In this document: in pieces, positions 48,481-60,608 of the stretch
Numbering within the stretch: the first letter of the stretch is position 1
Layout: each line of letters starts with the position of its first letter
Assembly: GCA_013265495.1 (NCBI GenBank)
Contig: MU058824.1
Location: 4,305,111-4,369,110, forward strand
Direction: 5' to 3'
From: Vicugna vicugna
Taxonomy: Eukaryota
Length of the DNA stretch: 64,000 nt
The notes under the pieces: model-generated
The model's database searches: none
The model's input: the letters and a program-made list of their open reading frames with translations, nothing else
Told to the model about the DNA's origin: nothing
Program-made: the position numbers and the translations under genes

Positions 48481-50364
48481 TTGGGAATGTGAGCTTGACA
48501 GCTCTTACCCTCCCTGCTGTAGTCAAGTTCTATTATTCACTGTCTCTCTCCCTCACCCTTTCCTTCCAGACCTAGCTTCTTTACTTGGGGATTTGGTAAT
48601 TTGAAATTTATGAGTTCCTACCTTTTTAATGATGAGTTTGTTCACCTTGATGCTGGAATGGGATAAGGCACTCAGTCTCTTGAGGTACTTGTTTGCACAA
48701 GGCTAAGACCTTCTGTTTTCCCCTTGGGAAGGAGGCTTGGATTTCAGCCCCTCGGCGGACTGTGTGGCTTAGGTGAGTTCCACCTGGTCCAGTCTCTCCC
48801 TGTGAAGATAATTGAGCTTTAATTGCTTCTCCAGCCCTGATCGCTGGAGAGGAGGGGCAAGGCAAGAGGCAGCAGTGACTTTGGCAGAGGAGGATGAGGT
48901 CTCCCCAGGGTGATGCCAGACACTTGTCACTCCCCATTGGCCTCCAGGCCTGCCCACCCAGAGTAGGGGATGGGTGGGTCAGGTCCCGGTGCCTCACAAC
49001 AGTCCTTGGCCCCTACACCCACTTTGGTAGAGGTGGTGGCCATGCCCCTTTGTTTTTGTTTCAAGCCCCAGAACACCAGGGTGGGAAGGTCTCTCATCAG
49101 ATGCTTCCTTCCAGTAAAAAAGTTGGGCCTAGGGGGTGTCATGGAGACCTGAGAGGATCCAGTAGACTTAACACCACGTGCCAGATCTTGTACAGCTGGA
49201 CAGACTGGGGCCCAGAGAGGGGAAGGGGCTTGTTCAACTCAGTGCACAGAGCAAGGGCTGGGAGCCAGGGTTCCTGACTCCTTCCTCTGCCCTCTGGCTG
49301 CAAGGGAGAGCTGGCAGTCTGGTTTGTCTCCAGCTCTTGTTGAACTTGTGGGAAACCCATTAAAGAAGTTAATTTGTGCCCACCCACTCAGCCAGCTTTG
49401 TTGTCTGGCTTGTCTTCAGCCTGGAAAGCTCCTCTGGTCAGCTTTTTCCTTACCCTAGTCAACTCAGGAAACAGACTCTACCCTAGAGTCTGGCTGCCTG
49501 CCAGCATCCACCACCTGGTTATGTATGTGTGGGTATTGGGTAGAGGGTGTCTCTGGAAACCACCAGGAAGTTCAATGACTGGTCATTAAGTTTGTGTCGT
49601 TCGTGGTAGCTGCCCAGGTGTGGCCAGAATAGTGCCTCAGCCCAAGGCCCTCAGCCGGGTTCTGCTCCACCCATCCTCAGCTTCCTGCCTAGGTCTCCGT
49701 TTTCTACTCATGAAGACTCCCTAGAGGAGGCGACTCTAATATTCTAACCTTCTGGGGGCCATCACTTGATACAGCAATTTGTTGGGAAGCCCTGAAGAAA
49801 ATGCAGGTCATGTTTTAAAGATACACATTTGGCCTGGAACTAGAAAGGTCAGGAACGGTCTTTCAGTATTTCCACCTGTTTTATGTCTCTAACAACTGGC
49901 TTTCTCATGCCTATGTATTTCCAACTCATAACCGGGGTTGCCATGTTATAGCTTTGGCTTGCCATGGCTTTAATTCAAACTCATGGTATCCTTAATTTTT
50001 TCAGTTCCACTGGTAAATTCTCTCCCCATTTCTTAGCTCAAAGTCCTGGTCCATGGCCAGCCCAGGGATTGGCTGTCCTGGGGTCACGTGTCCACTCTAG
50101 TCCAGTCAGCTGTGTGATAGTGGGTCACATGGTTCGAAACATGACCACCTAATATATATATAATACATATATATACACACACACACACAAATTAAAAAAT
50201 GAAACAAAACATGCCACCTAAGGAACACAGTGTACAGCGGATAGACTGGAGGTATTCAGAATCTTGAGTTACCTAAGATGGGAACTCAGAGTTGTGAATT
50301 ACCTTTGTCACTAAGAATGGGCATGAATCACATGGGAGTAAGATATTACACAAAGAAAAAAGAT

Positions 50365-50370
50365 TTTATT
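50365..50370 (-). terminator. GLIPR2: GLIPR2 polyadenylation signal
   Basis: Minus-strand AATAAA followed by atcttttttctttgtg, ~1.3 kb after the stop. A second AATAAA lies at 51177-51182. Confidence 0.7.
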
Positions 50371-51661
50371 GTCATCTTAGTTAATATCTCTGGATGAAAT
50401 GAAGGGCACAGCATGAGACTGTGTTCACAGTGAAACAGACCTTCAGGAAGCATATTTCACAGACTGGCCTGCTGCTCTCACCACCTGCAGGGACACCCAG
50501 CTTGGCACCTGGGTGGGTCCCTCCCACGTGGCCCATTTGAAACTGTTAGTCAAGGGGACTGCATAGTGTGAGGCAAAACACAGAAGTAAATTAGCAACTC
50601 TAAGCCTGCCTGGGCTATCTCTCTGGAACATTTGGGCCTGTCACACATTCCTGGAGGGAGCAACAGCACAGCTGCAGCCACAGCTGCCAGGCCTGGGCTC
50701 CCACCCTGTGCAGAAGGGTGGGGGAGGGCAGAGGCTGGAGGGCTTCCTCTGGGGCCCTGAGTGAGCTCACCCTCATCCCCACACTCACTGACTTCATCGT
50801 CCAAGGCTGCTTGGCCAAGAGCCCAGGCAGTGTGAGGGGCTTTCTCCCAGAACAGGCCCTGGGCCACCCGTGGGGGATGGGTGACTTTCAGGCCAAGCCC
50901 AGCTCCCTAGAAACCAAGATGGTGGTGGCAGGGGGTGCATATTGATTGAACTCTGAAATGCCAGAGGGTTTTAAGGAAAAAGGCAGGTGGTGGACAAGGG
51001 GTAGTAGAAGGTAGAAAAATGCAAGGAAGTAAAGCTTTTTTCTCCATTTGTTCTTTGGCAATCCCATTAGAGAATTCCAGGAGGCATGCAGATGACATCA
51101 TGTCTTATAACTGAGAAATCGCAACAAATCTGTGAAATAGAGCCCCTGCCTACCCCGTGTTTCTAATGGAAGCTGCTTTATTTTTATGTGTTATGTTTAT
51201 GTGTTTAAAACTGTATTTTGTGTCACATTTAAATGATGGTTTAATATTCTTAAATATCTACCAAAAGTAGATTACAATGCATGAAGGTCACATAAAATGA
51301 ACTTCACTTTCTCAGCATCACAAACATTCGGAATACAGAAAGGCCAGGGATGGATATTGTAAGTAAGAAAGGTACAAAAGAAGTTTGCTTAAAAAATAAA
51401 GTTTAGAAATTGATTTTTTTCCCCCAATGTCCAAATAATTGTGGTCTAGGGAACCCTCAGGGTAAAGGCTTCATATGCTCACTTCTTTGATAAGCATGAA
51501 CTCATGCAGAATGGTCTAAGTGTGTGAGCAAGAGACTCTCACAGCATCACACACGCAAGCACATACACCCACAGGGACAGACACACGGCTGAGTTTTTGT
51601 TGTTCTAGGCACTTCATAGCCACGTTCTTAAGTCTGCCACCTTCCCATTACATTGGACAAA

Positions 51662-51822
51662 TTACTTTTTTGGAGGCAGGACATTTTCTTCAAAGAAGCC
51701 CTGGTTGACGACATTCCCCGCTGGGAAGTATCTGGCCACCACGAAGGAGGACCCGTCACTTGCAGATGCCTTCCCCACTCCCATCTTCTTTGTATTCTTC
51801 CACACCATGGCTGTGAAGTGTC
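51662..51822 (-). CDS. GLIPR2: GLIPR2/GAPR-1 (CAP/SCP domain), exon 5 (terminal coding part)
   Basis: Acceptor ttcccctacag|; (G)[55 protein letters not shown] at 51662-51664; 161 nt. Confidence 0.97.
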
Positions 51823-52239
51823 CTGTAGGGGAACAGGCAGGGGGAGAGAGAAATAGGTTGGTTAGCAGAGCCTGGAGAAGGATGTTTCAAGGGACGCTTG
51901 AATCCCTGCACCATCTTGCCAGGCTGAGGGAAGCCTGGTCTTCAACCACCAAGCAGAGGAAGGAGACCCAAAACATATTGGCTGCCTGATTTTCTGAAGC
52001 ATCAGATCCTTTCAATCAGCCATACAGCCCCTACTCACCTCATCACTTTCTGATGCTCCAAGGTTTCACGGTTTCCCAGAGGTCATGGCAAAACCCAGTG
52101 ACCCTAACAATTAGGATATCACCTTACCTGGCACCTGCCTCTCCCTCCGCCAAACTGCACTCTTCAAGGTCACCAACGGTCTGCATGTTCCTCAACAATG
52201 TTTGCTTTTTGTCTTCATCTTACTTGACATCTCAGGAAC

Positions 52240-53305
52240 ATGAATGTAGTCGACGCCTCCCCTTTTCAAAGCACTCTCTCCTTTTCGTTTCCGTGATGCC
52301 ACCCTGTCTTAGCTTTCCTCCCATGTCACTGCCTCTTCCTCCTCCTCTTCCATCTCACTTGTGAAGGCTGGAAGACCTGCATTTCTCAAGGCTCAATCCT
52401 TGGCTCTCTCTTCTTTTCTTGTACTCTTCAGGCAATTTCATCTTTCCCTGGCTCTCAAATGTCTTTCCCCAGCCCAAATTTCTCCTGTGTTCCAAACACA
52501 ACTACTTACTTGACATTTCCACTTGGATGAGTCATGGGCATCTCAAATTTAACCTCACTCTTGATTTTGGTCCCTCCCATTTCCATGAACGGTACCCCCG
52601 CATTTCCCCCACCACAACCCATCATTAATCCTGAAGAATCTAACTCCAAAATACATCTCAAGTCCATCCACTCTCAAAACCTTGGCCCCAACCACAAACT
52701 TTTCTCATTTGGACCATTGCAATAGCCTCTGACTAGTTCTCCAGCATCCACCCTTGCCTCCTCAATTCACTTTCCACTGACGTAGCCAGCGTGATCATTT
52801 TGAGACATAAATCATATCTGTTTACTTTTCTGCTTAAAAATCCTTGCATTGCTTCCAGTAGTACCTAAAATGAAAGTGAATGCTTTGGCCCAATGGCCTC
52901 CTTTCCATTCCTTGAACATATCCAATTACTTCCCACTATGAAGCCCTTGCACGCACTGGTCACTGGGTGCAACACCCTTCTAATGACCAATGTTTTCTCA
53001 TCCCTTAGGTCTCAGCCCAAATATCACTTGTTCAGAGAGTAACATTTTCATAATCACTCTTATTTCCTGAACACCTCCCTCCCAAGACAGTCTTATTGCT
53101 TCCTGTTTTTCCCCTCATAGCATTCTTACTGTTTGCAATGATATATTTGTTTGATTACTTCTAATTGCTTGGCTCCTTTGCTAGGCTATGAGCCCCATAT
53201 GGGTGGGAACAAAACTGATTCACTCACCAAAGTATACTCAGAACCTTGGCAAAACCTGACACATGGAAAGTGTAAAGTAAACCTTTATTGAAGGAATGAA
53301 TGGAA
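52240..53305 (+). mobile_element. LINE-2 3' fragment in GLIPR2 intron 4
   Basis: Pyrimidine-rich L2 sequence (ttgacatttccacttggatg...catctcaaatttaac...aatagcctc...) ending ttgaaggaatgaatgg. Confidence 0.75.
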
Positions 53306-56300
53306 TGGATGAAAGGCATATGGAAGAACCATCTTGGATGGGGCTCTGCTCTCATTGGAAGTGCAGGCCTTCCATATTTTGTGCTCTTTGAGACCCTGAT
53401 AAGTTACAGCCTCCTTCAATTTCCTCTGCTCTGAGCGAAACAGCCCAGCTCCTTTTCAAGCTGACCCTCCAGACACTTCTGTGGCTTGCCAAAGCTCCCT
53501 GGCATCATTCTCCTACTGTTCAGCCTGCCTGCCCCTCACTCCCTGGACTTTTCAAGCTGCTAACATAGCTTAGCTTCTGATTTCCCTTCTGCTTTGGGGT
53601 CAAAGAGTTGATGCTGTAATGTACTCTTTGCTCAATGACCATAAATTCTCATCTCCTGGGAGTAGAGAGCAGGAGTTCATCCTCGCCACCTTTACTGCTG
53701 AAGACACATAGACATAAATTGTGTATTTCCCCTATAGATGAACTCTATTTTATAATTATGAAATTTACATATAGTTTCTTTGTCTACATCTGTAAAAGAT
53801 TTGAGGTTACTAGATTCTTTATGAAAATAACCAAACAGAAACACTAATCAGTAGGATTGGTGTGATACAATCAAAGCAAAAATTAAAAGAAAGCAAACAC
53901 TACATACAATTATGCATCCTCACCACTTATCCTTAAACTCATGTTAACTGTTGTGCAATAAGCTCTAATTTCCACCTCAGAACAGAAGAAACACTACTTT
54001 CCAATTCACCCTTCGTCCTGACACTGTTGAGTTACTTCTCTAACATCTCTAGGCTTTCAGCAGCTTTGTCAGGTGTCACTGTTTCTACAGGCTGTCATTT
54101 CATTAAGGCTCAAGCCTTTTCTCCAAGGGACCACGTGCTTTGGCCATTGACCCACCTACTCTGTCACCAGACAAGGAAGAGCTGCCATTTATTCCTTGGT
54201 TGCTAAGAAAATGATTACAAACAGCACGTGTGCACCAGCAGCCTGAGTGCCTGGGGAAGACTTTTCAAAACAGATGCGACCAAGTAATCTTTCTTCTGAC
54301 TGGGGAGGTTTCTGTTTGCACAGAGCTAATTAAGTCTGGGTATTTAGAGATGAATTAAAGGACACAACTTCCTTAGCAACCATCAGACACACTGGTTTCC
54401 AATTCTAAATGACTAACAGCTTCCTTCTTTTTCTTTTTTTCCTAAAGGTTTCACATCCTCTTTCCTGCTGTGGACCCACACTTCCTATAATATACATTTG
54501 AAAAATACACTAAGTCCTTGCAAGAGGATAATAGGTAAGAAAGAGAAATCTCTTTCTGTATTGATGTGCAACAATCTCTGCCAATCTGCTGGGTGAATAA
54601 AGCAAGTGTGAATCAGATCATCTGACACCAGGGTATAAAAAAGGGAGAAAGAGGATATTTACACAAATGCTGGTTCAGAACAACTCCAGAATGAACCACA
54701 AGAAACTTGTCTTACTGGTTGGGAGGGAAAGTGCTGGAGGCCAGGGATGGAAGGAAGATTTTTCACCTTATACAGCTTGCAAATTTCATGTCACATAAAA
54801 GTATTACTTATTCAGAATAAACAAACAAACAAACCTACTCATTAAAAGAGACCATATCAAAGGAACTGCAAGAAGTTGCTTCCCTGTACTCAGCACATAG
54901 CATGGAACTGTGTCCTTCATCACAAGACGTCACCCTGGGTGAGGGTTGGGGTGGAGATGGATTATAGGATGTTTCAAAGACCTTTTCACCTACAACATGG
55001 ACTCAGGTCAGGGAATCCCGGAAACCTGGTGCAGCAGGCAGCAGCTCTGGGATAAGCTGATGCCTGGGGGATGCACCTGAGCATCTTTAAGGGTCGTGAA
55101 AGCCCCTCTTATACCACCACTCAAAGCTGTGCTCCTGTCTGAGGACCAGGCTCTGTGTGATCCCAGGCATTGCACATTAGCACCTGGGATGGCATAGGGG
55201 CTGGCTGTTCTAGGGGTTTCCTCTTTAGGGGTGGGAGATGTGGGGCAATAAGTGGGACAGGTGGTCAGCGATCATGGAAAGTTGAGTCCCGTTCCCAGCT
55301 ATGATACTTGAGAGAGTCCCACCTTGGAGCTGGATTGAGAGTAGAAGGTAAAAAGAAGTCTCTTCCCCTTTCTGGGCCTCAGTTTCCTCCTCTGCAAAAA
55401 GGGTGAAATAAAGCCCCACCTTCAAATGGTGTTGCAGGGTTACATGGCTGTTTCTGTGGAGATGCTTTTGACTGTCAAGTATCATGCACACACAAACAAT
55501 GCTAATTACTTGCTCTGACCCATGTCCAATTGCCAGAGAATCTTACTCATGAGAAAACAGATCCTGATGCTATGAAATAAAGCGTCTTCTGGTCAGTGGT
55601 CTTTATGAAAAGATCAGGTTCTGCCTATACATCCTTAATCACCGGTAGGAGGCTGACACTGTTCCCTCCCTCACCTCTCAGATCTAACTGCCATAGAAGC
55701 AGTAGTTCTCACTCAGGGCCTGATGGCAGCCTTCTTGTCCTGCCCCGCAGGGCTGAGAGGAGAGACGCCCGGGCAGATGCTTCCACCTCTGCCCCATAGT
55801 CCTGCCCACACGGTTGCAAGAACCCCTGCCCAAAAGGATGAGCACAAACCACAGGAAATGGTGACTGGCCCTGAGAGCAGTCACTTCCTGCTTCTGAAGA
55901 ATCCTCCAGAGGGTGGGAGGACATAGGTGCTCCACCCATGGGTGGGATGGGTTGGGTAGAGGAATGGGGGTGGGCAGACAATCCCCTTTTCAGTTTCCCT
56001 GGCACCTTCTGGTCAGAGAAACTCACAGCCCTTTCCAACCCTGGGCCCTGGGTGAGTCTGAGTTGATTCTGAGGAAAGACAGAAGCCAGGTGAGGCCTGG
56101 AGAGGAGCAAGAGGGAGCCCAGAGCTCGGAGCCGCTGCCTGGGGCTTTAGTAAGCCAAATGTTTACTGCTCACCGTGGAGGCCTAAGGGAAAGGCTGGTT
56201 GGTCCCACAGCTGGCTCCTCCCTGCATCTAAGTATCAGCTCTCAGAATGTCCTGGAGAAACCACCACCTTGTCCCTCTCCCTCGGGGACAGGAAAGGACA

Positions 56301-56939
56301 GGGAGTTGATCCAAGTTCACATAACTGATAGTCCAGAGCTGAGACCAGATCCTGGCTTTCTGCCCTCCAAGCTCGCCTGAACTGCCAGCTAGGGCATAAG
56401 GTGAAAGGAGCAGTCTGGGAGGCCATGAGGAGTAGGGCGCAGGGAGGAAGGATGCGGGGGTGTGGAGGGAGGTGAGAGTTAAGATCAGGAGTAGAGCGAA
56501 CAGCTTGGCCCTTTTCTCGGTGGCCCCAGGAAGACAATGGCAGTTGAATCAGGAGAGCAGCCTGGGCAGAGAGGGTCTTAGAATGTTCTGGCTGCTGGGG
56601 AGCAAGACCAGAAGCAAGATGATCGGTTAAAAGTGCTGAGGCAACTCCTCGGGGAAGAAGGCTTTTAAAATTCACAGCCTCCTCATGACACACTCCAGTC
56701 ACCTGAAGAGCTTTGAGTGGTGGGGCAGGAGTCAGTGGCTCGGGTGCTTTTGGATGAAGAGGGGTGTGGGTGTGTTGGGAGATGGGGTAGGGGAAGAGAG
56801 TTTTGCCCTTTGGGGAAATATCAAAGAGACAAGACAGAAGGGAAATGATTAATTTTCAGAGGGTTAGTTTCTCTCTGAAGCCAGACCCAAACAGCAACCC
56901 AGCCCAGGGCCAGGTCACTGATGTGACCACGTCTCTCAC

Positions 56940-57017
56940 CTGTCCCGGAGGTGAAACCAGGCTGCTGGAAGTTGTAGTTCTTGATTTCACTGTACCATCT
57001 ATCAGCCACTTCCTTTC
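56940..57017 (-). CDS. GLIPR2: GLIPR2 exon 4
   Basis: Acceptor ttttccatacag|, donor CAG|gtgaga; 78 nt; (G)[25 protein letters not shown]. Confidence 0.97.
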
Positions 57018-57577
57018 CTGTATGGAAAAGACACTGTTTAAAACTCAGCAGCAAAATCAACCAACTCCTTCTTCCTTCCATCTTCTCCCGTCAACCCCAA
57101 ACCACCCATTCACTTAGATGTCTGATAAAACACCTACGAGCTGAAATGGGGACTCCTGCCTGTGAGCAAATCCAGGCTGAAGAGAAGGCTTTTTGGGGGG
57201 TTGGGAAGAGCCCTGGCCTGGGGTCAGGGAACCTGCATGTGTGTCCCCACCCTGCCACTAATTTGCTGTGTAATCCTGGGCAAGGCCTTCCCCTCTCTGG
57301 GCCTCTGTACAAGAGGGTTGAATGCAACATACTCCAATGGCTTCTAATGATGTTCTGGGTTTCTGGGAGAATCTGCCCTCATCTCATCCCAAGTCGGGCT
57401 CTGGAAAAATCCACAGGGGGAAAGGTGATTGGGCTGGTGGGTCAGGGTCTCCACTGCAGGCAGAAGGGTCCTCACCTGAAGCAGCCACTGGCCCAGCAGG
57501 TGTTAAAAGGAGAAAACCCGCAGCATTTGCCTGAGAACTGCTGATCTCAGGGACAGAACTAAGAGCCTCGCACCTCA

Positions 57578-57757
57578 GAATAGTAAGTCTCGAACTTCAA
57601 TGAGTGCACAATATCACCTGGGGCTCTTGTGAAAATGCAGATTCTGACTGTAGTAGATCTAGGGTGGAACATATGACTCTGTATTTCTAACAAGTTCTCA
57701 GGTGCTGCTGCTGCTGCTGCTGCTGTTGGTCCATGGACCACACTTTGAGTATCAGGG
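57578..57757. mobile_element. MER5A element with internal (CTG)n
   Basis: atcacctggggctcttgtgaaaatgcagattctg...tttctaacaagttctcaggtgctgctgctg...ggtccatggaccacactttgagta. Confidence 0.85.
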
Positions 57758-57769
57758 CCTTCGAGAACA

Positions 57770-57930
57770 GTGGCTACACATTGGCCCCACCTGGGGAGCT
57801 TTTCAAAATGACTGATGCCTGGGGCCTGCCACAGACTATTGGTGTCTCTGGAGGAGAGATCTAGGCATTAGTAGTTTTTAAAAGCTCCACAGATGATCCC
57901 AGGGTGGAGCCAGGGTGGGGAACCACTGCC
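57770..57930. mobile_element. Second MER5-family element
   Basis: cacctggggagcttttcaaaatgactgatgcctggg...tttttaaaagctccacagatgat...agccagggtggggaaccactg. Confidence 0.75.
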
Positions 57931-58932
57931 TTAGAGGCCGTCTACCCAAGCCCCTCTCTGTAGAGATGGGGAAACTGGGGCCACAAGGGTAGCAGATTTG
58001 CTCAAGGCGCCACAGAGAGCCAGCGCAAGACTGGGATGAAACCACATCTCCTGCTGGCTCTTTCCGGCCCCTCTCCCTTCTCCCTGGGCCCACCAAGGCC
58101 CACAGTCTGAGCCTGGGGAGGAGTTGCAGGCCCCGGACTCCTGCCTTCTCCAGGAGCATGCGCATACCACTCCTGAAGGAACACTGCTGGGGAAACCAAG
58201 AGGACTCCCAGGGCCTCCCCAGGGAACTCCCAGGAATGTGAAGCCAGGGAGGGAGCAGCCTTTCTCCTGCAGGGGTTTGGAGAAAGCTTCAGAGTGTGAG
58301 GTAGCTCTCTCCAGCATTTTTCCTGAAAAGCCACGACAGCTCTATCAGAGCCAGGAAGTTCAAGAATGTTTGGTCAGTGTGGGATCACCATTCCAGGCTG
58401 CGACCTTGGATGAGGAATTGTCTTTCCCATTATTACTTTTTTTTTTTCCCAACATGGAAAAAGCTCTATGGACTTTTTTCTCATGAAAAATGTTAATCCA
58501 CCAGCATTGTAAAAATTTTTAGAAAACCATGATGAAAGTAACATTCTTCTGTAGCTGGAGATGCTTTGGTGCCGCCAGGGTCATTCTGAGACTGCACAGA
58601 AACTGTCACCCCCACCCCCATGCCTCAGCTGGGAGCTCTTCTGAAAGTGGAGTTGGGCGGGGAGGGGGGTTCAGGCAGTCTGACTCATCTCTGAGTCCCT
58701 GGCACCCAGCACAGGCCTGGCCCTGAGCCGGCCATCAGAGGCCTTGTGGTGAAATGCAGTCAGCCCCTGGGAGCAGACAAAGGAAAGCTCTGGGGTTCTT
58801 TTCCCTTTCTGGGCCTGTGGCTGCATCCCAGCTACACCACGGAAGGCAGGGCTCTGGGGCCAGAAGGATTTGAATGGAGGATATCCTAGGCCGGGGTCAG
58901 GCAGTGGGGAGGAGAGCTGAGAAATGACGCAC

Positions 58933-59036
58933 CTGTCTGATCGTAGGATGCCCACGCCAGGTTCTCCCCACACTGGCCACGACTGGACTCCGGGCTGTGC
59001 TTGAGGATCCTTGTGCTGGCCAGAGCCTCTGAATAC
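58933..59036 (-). CDS. GLIPR2: GLIPR2 exon 3
   Basis: Acceptor ttctggcag|, donor CAG|gtgcgt; 104 nt; (Q)[34 protein letters not shown]. Confidence 0.97.
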
Positions 59037-59373
59037 CTGCCAGAATCCGTGGTATTTCCTTAGAGTACAGCCCACGGAAGCCCCCCAAGTAGGAGCCCTA
59101 AACTAGTGGGGCCCAGCTTGCTTCCCCACCCTGCGCTTGCTGAGGCAATCGGAAGTATCACACCTGCATCTCTTCTGAGCACCCTGCACCCCCATTTTAC
59201 AGATGAGCAAACCGAGGCTCAGAGGAACAAAGGGACCTGCCTAGGTAAGTAAGTGGCAGAGGGGTTATTCAAGCCTGGCTGTATCCACCCCCACAACCCA
59301 GGTCCTTCCAACCACCCAGAGCCCATCCATGGCTGCAGCAGCTGCAGCAGCACGGGGTGCTGGGGGGACTCAC

Positions 59374-59482
59374 TGCTGAGCTTCCTGATTGAGCTTCTTG
59401 CAGAGTTTCAGCGGGGGGACCCCATGCTGCTGCCGGTACTCGTTGTGGGCCTTCAGGACCTCGTTATTAAACTGCTTGGAAG
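59374..59482 (-). CDS. GLIPR2: GLIPR2 exon 2 (exon 1, encoding MGKS, is outside the window)
   Basis: Acceptor ccactgcag|, donor CA|gtgagt; 109 nt; (A)[35 protein letters not shown](Q). Exons 2-5 plus a 13-nt exon 1 give 465 nt = 154 aa + stop. Confidence 0.97.
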
Positions 59483-60099
59483 CTGCAGTGGTTTCAAAAT
59501 GAACATCTCAGTGCCCAGAAAAGATCCATTGAAAGTTGGCCGGCAGGCTTCAGAGCAAAGCCCAGCTCATACCTCAGGCCACACATCTCTGCACATCCGT
59601 CCCCTCTGGATTATGAGGCCCCGATGGGGCATGTCAGGGATTTGGGTCTTTATCCAAGACATTGGGAAGCGACTGAATGGGAGCAGGGGAGTGAGCTGAG
59701 GAGATCTGTTTCTGAAGGAGCCTGCTGACTGCTGCATGGGGGATGGGCTAGGGGTTAGAGCAGATGTTGGGGGCTGGCCAAGGAGTAGCAGGACTTCTGA
59801 AAGAAAAGTTTGAAGGACACTGGGTCTCTCAGACCAGATCTATGGTGAATGGTGGTGAGGACTGGGAAGGGCTGGAGGTGGGAGCCCAGAGAGAGCAGGC
59901 CTGGCTGGGGTGGAGGGGTGCCTGCACTGGGCTGGGGAAACAGGAAGACGGAAGGACAGATGAAGAGAAGAAGACTAGGGGAAGACAGCATCGGGATGTG
60001 GAGTGAGGAGGAGGGTGGGAAAGAACCGGGGTTGGGGGGGGCGGTGCTGTGATTAGCTAGGCTCAGGAGGGCAGTGAAGGGAGAGGTGGAGGCTGTGTC

Positions 60100-60608
60100 C
60101 AACTGGGTTACAACCCCAGAAAGGGCAAGGCCAAGGGGGCTGGAGTAGGGAGAGAAGAAGTGGTGAAGCCAAGTGAATGTATGGTCAGGCCACTCAAGAT
60201 GGCTGTTCTCTTGCTCTCTGTACATCCCCTGCTCACCCGACGCCTGCTTCACCTATACCTACTCACATGACTTCCCTTCCTACATACTTGCCCCAGGCCC
60301 CAGCTAGTGATTTTTCTTATTAAAGAGGTAGTGAGGGGTGTGCCCCTCTGCTGATTTCCCTGGTAACCAATGAGCTAACCTGATGTCAAATCCCACTACA
60401 ACTGGTAATCTCCCCCTGTTTCTGGGAGGGAAGACTGCCCACTGTCCACTGCACATGGTGGGGTGTTGCTCTAGGACCTTGCTTCAGACATGTAAGCTCC
60501 CCCTGTCCATTAAACCACTGATGTCCCTGTCACTGATTCCAGGTTCTTTCTTTGGTCTTAAAGCTGGGCGAGTACAGGCCTTGTAGGCCTGTGGGGTGCA
60601 GCTCAACA
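60100..60608 (+). mobile_element. Endogenous retrovirus solo LTR (ERV1-like), antisense in GLIPR2 intron 1
   Basis: About 510 bp ending in ...cagctcaACA, with an imperfect inverted terminus near 60101. U3 CCAAT 60367-60371, TGATGTCA 60381-60388, poly(A) signal ATTAAA 60509-60514 after a tgtaag motif, then U5. Confidence 0.7.

Noticed and set aside
56981..57544. 187-aa + strand ORF
   Set aside because: Antisense to GLIPR2 exon 4 and its intron, runs through MIR-like sequence, no domain.
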